Of a stretch of 33,853 bases of DNA, positions 25,888 to 33,853 are shown piece after piece. The notes beneath the pieces are model-generated. The model was given only the letters and a program-made list of their open reading frames with translations, did no database searches and was not told the DNA's origin. Within the stretch, counting starts at the first letter, position 1, and every line of letters starts with the position of its first letter. The translations under genes were made by a program, and so were the position numbers. Source of the stretch: a bacterium (GTDB taxonomy: Bacteria; Myxococcota_A; Polyangia; HGW-17; JAJRWW01); contig JBDRSE010000082.1 in NCBI GenBank assembly GCA_043825095.1, forward strand, positions 1-33,853. Direction: 5' to 3'.

Positions 25888-27117
25888 ATGAAACGCATCA
25901 CTATCACTCTCGCGACAGTCCTGGCAATGGCGCTTCCCGCGTCTGGCTGTTGGTGGATGTACTGCGACGACGACGACACCGTCGACCCAATGGTTTGCAC
26001 CGGCGGGCAGTACGTCGACGAATGGGGATTCATCTACAACAGCGACAACGGCGAGTGCATCCCTTGGGCGTGCACCACCGACAATGACTGCGACGCCTAC
26101 TCTGAGTGCGATCCGGTCGAGGGCCAGTGCCGAGAAATCGGCGGCTGCTACAACGACTACGACTGCCCCTACGGCACGGTGTGTGACTTCGGCAATGGGC
26201 TGTGCGTCTCCGACGACGTCTGCACCAGCGACTGGGACTGCCCGCTGAACTCCCACTGCAACATGGAAACCTACCGTTGCGAGCCCGACACCCAGCCTCC
26301 CACCTGCGAGGAGCGCGTGGACTGCAACGGCACCGACATCTGCGTCGGCGGCGAGTGCCAGCCCGCTCCGAGCAGCTGTGAAACCAATGTCGAGTGCGGC
26401 GACGGCGCGTACTGCGACAACGGCCAGTGCGTCGACTCCGGGCTGTGCACCGACAGCAGCGACTGCCTCGACCCGAGCGCGCCCCTGTGTGACAGCCGCG
26501 GCAGCTGCGTCCCCGACCCCGGCCCCCAGTGGGAGTGTGAGGACAACAACGGCTGCGCCGCCGGCGAGCGCTGCGTGAACGGACAGTGCACCGCGATCCC
26601 GAGCCCCGGGCCCGGCGAGACCTGCCAGTTCGACGAGCAGTGCGAAGGCGGGATCTGCGTCAACGGCGAGTGTCAGGCGCCCTGCACCGGCCCCTCGGAG
26701 TGCGGCAGCGGCCAGGCCTGCGTCGACAACCACTGCCAGGACGTGGAAACCCCGGGCAACGCCTGCATCCTGGCCGCGGACTGCGGCGCCGGTGAGGTCT
26801 GCGTCAACGGCACGTGCCTCGGCGGCTGCGTGGACGCCAACGACTGCGCCAACGCCGGTGACCGGTGCGACGCGGGCTTCTGTGTGGGCGACAACACGGC
26901 GACCCCCGAGTGCCTCAACAACGGCGACTGCAACGGCATCGAAAACTGCGTCGACGGCGTCTGTCGCACCCCCTGCGCCGACAACATCGACTGCATCGCC
27001 TGCGGCATGCCGGTCTGCCACCTGACCTACTGCTACGACGCTGTACCCCAGTGCGTCACGGCCGCGCAGTGCACCGCCGGCGAGAAGTGCGCCGACTCCC
27101 AGTGCGTGCCTGAGTAG
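25888..27117 (+). CDS. Cys-rich repeat lipoprotein (about 410 aa, ~16% Cys; tandem C-x4-DC-x2-GE-x-C-xNG-x-C modules)
   Basis: The ATG at 25888 is 6 nt after GGAGG. It gives MKRITITLATVLAMALPASGC (lipoprotein signal). Then come ~12 repeats such as CAAGERCVNGQCTA, CEGGICVNGECQAPC and CGAGEVCVNGTCLGGC. The 27 codons upstream from the track start lack an RBS. Confidence 0.7.
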   Translation: MKRITITLATVLAMALPASGCWWMYCDDDDTVDPMVCTGGQYVDEWGFIYNSDNGECIPWACTTDNDCDAYSECDPVEGQCREIGGCYNDYDCPYGTVCDFGNGLCVSDDVCTSDWDCPLNSHCNMETYRCEPDTQPPTCEERVDCNGTDICVGGECQPAPSSCETNVECGDGAYCDNGQCVDSGLCTDSSDCLDPSAPLCDSRGSCVPDPGPQWECEDNNGCAAGERCVNGQCTAIPSPGPGETCQFDEQCEGGICVNGECQAPCTGPSECGSGQACVDNHCQDVETPGNACILAADCGAGEVCVNGTCLGGCVDANDCANAGDRCDAGFCVGDNTATPECLNNGDCNGIENCVDGVCRTPCADNIDCIACGMPVCHLTYCYDAVPQCVTAAQCTAGEKCADSQCVPE

Positions 27118-27170
27118 GGCCGCCTCGGGAGCACACCCCTCCCCTTACCCAAAGCTCCCTTCTACCCACC

Positions 27171-27202
27171 GGGGCCCGGTTTCGACCGGGCCCCAGTCTT
27201 TT
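27171..27202 (+). terminator. Rho-independent terminator after the Cys-rich lipoprotein gene
   Basis: Perfect 9-bp stem GGGGCCCGG / CCGGGCCCC with loop TTTCGA, followed by AGTCTTTT. Confidence 0.6.
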
Positions 27203-27224
27203 GGGGCCCCGGCTGCTCCACGCC

Positions 27225-27252
27225 TTGTTTCCCAGGGATCCAGTCCTATGGT
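27225..27252 (+). promoter_or_regulatory. Candidate sigma70-type promoter for secA (-35 TTGTTT 27225-27230, 16-bp spacer, -10 TATGGT 27247-27252)
   Basis: Hexamers read directly from the sequence, 38 bp upstream of the secA ATG. A weak call. Confidence 0.25.
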
Positions 27253-27289
27253 ATAGGGACCGAGCTATTGACGGGAGTCACAGATCGCC

Positions 27290-30339
<3,050 letters not shown>

Positions 30340-30340
<1 letters not shown>

Positions 30341-30370
30341 ACAGCGTCCCGGCCCGCTGTTGGGCTTTTT
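30340..30370 (+). terminator. Rho-independent terminator immediately after secA
   Basis: Stem AACAGCG (30340-30346) / CGCTGTT (30355-30361) with an 8-nt loop, followed by GGGCTTTTT. Confidence 0.6.
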
Positions 30371-30427
30371 GTCCGTGGTCGTGGAATAATTCTCTAGACG
30401 GGCCGGTTACCCCTATCGGAGACAGCA

Positions 30428-31093
30428 ATGCTCCGCAAGAAGGAAGCGAAAAAACGTGTCGAGTTCGAGGCCCTGGTGATGCCCCACCTGGAGGCCCTGT
30501 ACGGCACCGCTGTCAGGATGACCAGGAACCCGCAGGAGGCGGACGATCTGCTGCAGGACAGCTGCCTCAAGGCGTTCCGCTTCCTCGACAAATATCAGCG
30601 CGGTACGAACTTCAAGGCCTGGATCTTCAAGATCCTGACCAACGTGTTCATCAACCGGTACCGCAAGGCGCAACGGGACCGCGAGATCCGAAACGAGGTC
30701 GAGATGGACGGCCACCATGCCCACATTCTCGCCCAGGGGCCGACCCGGGAGGCGCAGTGGCCGGAGGAGGCGATTCTGGACCACCTGATGTCCGAGGACA
30801 TCCGGGCCGCCCTCGAGAAGCTGCCTCCGGATTTTCGGATGGCGATCATCCTGTCCGACGTGGAGGAGTTCTCCTACAAGGAGATCGCAGAGATCATGGA
30901 CTGTCCCGTTGGGACCGTCATGAGCAGATTGTATCGTGCCCGGCGCCAGCTGCAGCGGCTGTTACTGAAGCACGCCGTGGATCGCGGCATTGTGAGCGCC
31001 GAGGTGACCGGCGAGGACGACGAGACCGCTCGCGGCGAGGCCATGGCCGAGGTGACCGACCTCACCGCCTACCGCAACGGGAAGCAGCGGTGA
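30428..31093 (+). CDS. ECF (sigma-24/sigma-E family) RNA polymerase sigma factor
   Basis: Region 2 reads LYGTAVRMTRNPQEADDLLQDSCLKAFR. Region 4 reads FRMAIILSDVEEFSYKEIAEIMDCPVGTVMSRLYRARRQL. RBS is GGAGACAGCA before the ATG. Confidence 0.9.
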   Translation: MLRKKEAKKRVEFEALVMPHLEALYGTAVRMTRNPQEADDLLQDSCLKAFRFLDKYQRGTNFKAWIFKILTNVFINRYRKAQRDREIRNEVEMDGHHAHILAQGPTREAQWPEEAILDHLMSEDIRAALEKLPPDFRMAIILSDVEEFSYKEIAEIMDCPVGTVMSRLYRARRQLQRLLLKHAVDRGIVSAEVTGEDDETARGEAMAEVTDLTAYRNGKQR

Positions 31094-31098
31094 AACCC

Positions 31099-31932
31099 AT
31101 GCAGTGCCAGGACATGGAAAAGTTCATTCACGTCTATCTCGATCGCGAGTTCGCAGAAGAAGACCGAGCCGACTACGAGCGACATCTGGCCGGATGCGAG
31201 CGCTGTCGCGGTCTGGCCCGGTTCGAACAGCGCTTCAAGCAGCAGCTGAAGACGAGCCTCGCCCGACCGCGGCTGCGTCTGGACGAGCGCGAGTCGGTCC
31301 GCAGACGCGTGATGCAGACGCTGGCCGACGCGCCCCCCCTTCCCGCCGACCGCAGAGCCTGGCGGTGGGCTCTCCGCCTGGCTCCTGCTGCGGCGGCCGC
31401 CGGCCTGCTCGTGGCCATTGTGCTCCAGCAGCACAGCGGCAGGCCTTCGGTCGTCAGTCGCGCCATCCTCATCGACGGCATGGACCGCCCCCCGGAGGTG
31501 AAGACCCGGGATCCCAGCAAGGTCCGCGCTTGGTACCAGGAGAAGATCGGTCTTGCCGCGCCACCGCCGCAGTTTTCAGATGGCCGCACCGCTCTCGTGG
31601 GAGGACGGATCGATCAGGTGAACGCCAAGCAGGCGGCGCATCTGATCTACGACCGGGGAGATCGCAAGATTTCGGTGATGATGTTCCGCGGAAACGTGCC
31701 CTATCAAGGCATGGTCCTGCGTCGCATCGGCAGTAAAAACGTATACTTCTCGCATGGCGGCAGCAGGAACGTCGCCGCCTTCCATCACCACGGGGTTGGG
31801 TACATGATCACCGGAGTGCTGCCCAGACAGGATCTGGACGGCCTGGTGCGGGACGTGCTCTATCAGGGAGCTCGTTTTCCCGAGCCACCGGCAGTCAAAA
31901 CGATTCCCGTCTCGGCTCCCGGCGGAAACTAG
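31099..31932 (+). CDS. Anti-sigma factor (ZAS-type zinc-binding N-terminal domain, single TM, periplasmic C-terminal domain)
   Basis: The HLAGCERC (H-x3-C-x2-C) motif lies 8 nt after the sigma-factor stop. The TM segment is ALRLAPAAAAAGLLVAIVL. The GTG at 31090 overlaps the sigma stop as GTGA and is an alternative coupled start in the same frame. Confidence 0.8.
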   Translation: MQCQDMEKFIHVYLDREFAEEDRADYERHLAGCERCRGLARFEQRFKQQLKTSLARPRLRLDERESVRRRVMQTLADAPPLPADRRAWRWALRLAPAAAAAGLLVAIVLQQHSGRPSVVSRAILIDGMDRPPEVKTRDPSKVRAWYQEKIGLAAPPPQFSDGRTALVGGRIDQVNAKQAAHLIYDRGDRKISVMMFRGNVPYQGMVLRRIGSKNVYFSHGGSRNVAAFHHHGVGYMITGVLPRQDLDGLVRDVLYQGARFPEPPAVKTIPVSAPGGN

Positions 31933-32097
31933 TCTCGACCACTCACACCGGTTCGGATCCCAGGTATTTCCGACTCCCTCGGTACCAAAAGTACGCCGAT
32001 TTACCAATAAAACCTTTGACGTAGACTTCGCTGGCGGCATATTATCGAACCCGGAAAGATCACCAGTCGACCCTCAAACCGGAAGAGATATCTGTAG

Positions 32098-33819
32098 ATG
32101 CCGAAGAAGAGCGCGTTGATCATTGAGAGCGATGCGGCGTTTGCCAGCCAGCTGTCTGCAGCCCTGGAACAGATCGGATTTACCACCGAAACCGTCGCCG
32201 ACGGTGCCCTGGGCCTCGCCCGCGCCAAGGAGGCGCCACCGGATCTCATCGCACTGTGCGTCGAGCTTCCCAAGATGAGTGGCTATGCCGTCTGCAACAA
32301 GCTGAAAAAGAGCAAGAAGCTGCAAGACATCCCACTGGTCATCATGAGCGCCGAGGCGACGCCGGAGACGTTCGAGCAGCACCGCAAGCTCAAGACTCGC
32401 GCCGACGAGTACATTCTGAAGACACCCGCGTTCCGGACTGACGAGTTTCTCGACAAGGTGAAGGGAGTGCTGCCCGCAAGCACCCTCAACAGAGCGTCGG
32501 ATGACGAGGCGCTCGAGCTCTCTGATGACGAAGTTATTGACATCGGCTTCGAGGAGGACGAATCCACGGGGGTCGATCCGGACCTCATCAACGACGCCAA
32601 CGCGGCGCTGGACGCCCTGGGCGCGGAGGAAGACTTCGATCTGAACTTCGGTGAAGAGGACGTCGGCGTCGGCGAAGTCGTCGAAGAGGAGGTCGTCGGT
32701 GAAGAGGAGGTCGTCGGTGGGGTCGGTGAAGAGGAGGTCGTCGAGGAGGACGGCGGCCTGGATCTGGGGCTCGACGCGATCGCAGACACGGCGGCGGCAG
32801 AGGCCGCCGAGCCCGCGCCGGGCGACAATGCCCTCCGGGCAGAGTTGGAGAAGCTGAAGGAAGATCGCGCCCGGCTCACGGCAGAGGTGGAAACCCTGAA
32901 GGCCACCGGTGGAGGTGGAGGTGGAAGTGGAGGGAGCCGGGATCGGGAGTTCCTGAATCTCCGGGAGGTCATCAACAAAAAGGAAAAAGAGGTCCTTGAT
33001 CTCAAGGACGAGCTGACGAAGAGGGATCGGGAGATCCTGGACGGCTCGGACAAGATTCGAGTGCTGGAGCGCGCAAAACAGGACCTGGACAGCCAGAACC
33101 TGGAGCTGGAGCGCGCCCGCGTCGAGGGCAACGAGCTAAGGACCGCGCTGGAGCAGGAGCAGCAGGCCGCTCTCGCAGAGATCGCATCCCTGCAGCAGGG
33201 GCTCGGCGAGCGTATTTCCGCCTTCGAGGAGCTCCAGACAGCCAAGGCCGAGCTCGAGGAAGCGAAGGCCAACGCGCTGGCCGGTGCGGCCACTGAGCTG
33301 GAACAGGCACTGACCGCGCACGCCGAGGAAAAGGCGCAGCTCGAGGCCGCGCAGCAGGAAGAGCTGCAGCGTCTCGTCGATCAGCAGGCAGGGGAGCTGG
33401 CCCGGGTCAAGTCGGAGAGCGAAGCCGCGCTGGCCGAGGCAGCTGAGTCTCAAGCCGCCGCGTTGGCCGAGCAACAGGAGCAGCACGAAGCCGCCCAGGC
33501 CGAGGCCAGGCAGCAGCACGAGGACGCTCTCGCCGGCGCCAGGCAACGTCACCAGTCCGAGCTGGAACAGGCGCAGCAGGCCCAGGAGGTCGCTCTCGCC
33601 GAGGCTCGGCAGCAAGGAAATGCCGCGTTGGCAGAAGCCAAGCAGCAGCAGGAGGACGCCCTCGCCGGCGCCAGGCAGCGCCACCAGTCCGAGCTCGAAG
33701 AGGCTCACCGCGCCCACGAGGCCGCCTCTGCCGAGGCCAGCCAGCAAGCCCAGTCCGACTCTGCCGAGGCGAAGATGCAGCACGAGGGCTCCCTCGCCGA
33801 GGCGCAGCAGCAGCACTAG
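32098..33819 (+). CDS. frzS: FrzS-like protein: N-terminal pseudo-receiver domain plus long Ala/Glu/Gln-rich coiled-coil
   Basis: MPKKSALIIESD...PDLIALCVELPKMSGYAVCNKLKK...QHRKLKTRADEYILK is closely collinear with Myxococcus xanthus FrzS (recalled from memory). The phospho-acceptor position is Cys/Glu rather than Asp. A Gly/Glu-rich linker is then followed by ~330 aa of heptad-rich coiled coil. Confidence 0.75.
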   Translation: MPKKSALIIESDAAFASQLSAALEQIGFTTETVADGALGLARAKEAPPDLIALCVELPKMSGYAVCNKLKKSKKLQDIPLVIMSAEATPETFEQHRKLKTRADEYILKTPAFRTDEFLDKVKGVLPASTLNRASDDEALELSDDEVIDIGFEEDESTGVDPDLINDANAALDALGAEEDFDLNFGEEDVGVGEVVEEEVVGEEEVVGGVGEEEVVEEDGGLDLGLDAIADTAAAEAAEPAPGDNALRAELEKLKEDRARLTAEVETLKATGGGGGGSGGSRDREFLNLREVINKKEKEVLDLKDELTKRDREILDGSDKIRVLERAKQDLDSQNLELERARVEGNELRTALEQEQQAALAEIASLQQGLGERISAFEELQTAKAELEEAKANALAGAATELEQALTAHAEEKAQLEAAQQEELQRLVDQQAGELARVKSESEAALAEAAESQAAALAEQQEQHEAAQAEARQQHEDALAGARQRHQSELEQAQQAQEVALAEARQQGNAALAEAKQQQEDALAGARQRHQSELEEAHRAHEAASAEASQQAQSDSAEAKMQHEGSLAEAQQQH

Positions 33820-33853
33820 GCCGCCCGCGCCGCGGCCCGCCCGCCGCCCGAGG

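Noticed and set aside
25753-27021. 422-aa minus-strand ORF
   Set aside because: It is antisense to the Cys-rich lipoprotein gene, giving an Ala/Val/Gly polymer-like translation.
32283-33816. Minus-strand ORFs antisense to frzS (336 aa and 226 aa)
   Set aside because: They are Ser/Ala/Leu-rich reverse reads of the GAG/CAG/GCC-rich coiled-coil codons.

Overview
This is a 33.9-kb window of high-GC (~68%) DNA that looks like a Myxococcota chromosome. The evidence is a FrzS-type pseudo-receiver plus coiled-coil protein, myxobacterial-style Cys-rich repeat proteins, lipoprotein-rich secretome genes and GC3-rich codons. It is gene-dense, with about 28 CDS. Housekeeping genes are valS, secA, rlmL (rlmKL), tsaC, a TrmN6-like tRNA methyltransferase and a periplasmic cyclophilin. 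They are interspersed with accessory secreted Cys-rich proteins: a GH13 amylase lipoprotein, a Kelch-propeller protein, a beta-roll-like lipoprotein and a Cys-repeat lipoprotein. An orphan B12-radical-SAM enzyme and an ECF sigma/anti-sigma pair are also present. No rRNA, tRNA, CRISPR array or transposase was seen. The most unusual content is listed below. (1) A lipid-associated cluster spanning 20.2-25.6 kb: a DAGK-type lipid kinase, a small TM protein, a hypothetical protein, an SPFH/band-7 protein fused to a Met/Gly/Gln/Pro-rich low-complexity tract and three zinc ribbons, an acyltransferase and an NAD epimerase. The SPFH gene is split by a single in-frame TAG. (2) A lower-GC 700-bp islet between the cyclophilin gene and rlmL. 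It carries an unlisted 55-aa Cys-rich lipopeptide gene, a DUF2281-like antitoxin-like remnant and a perfect 17-bp tandem duplication. (3) A 760-bp divergent non-coding region with two near-identical ~51-bp direct repeats, each carrying internal inverted arms, plus an AT-rich promoter-like patch. Most long ORFs in the six-frame track are GC-driven antisense shadows and were rejected.
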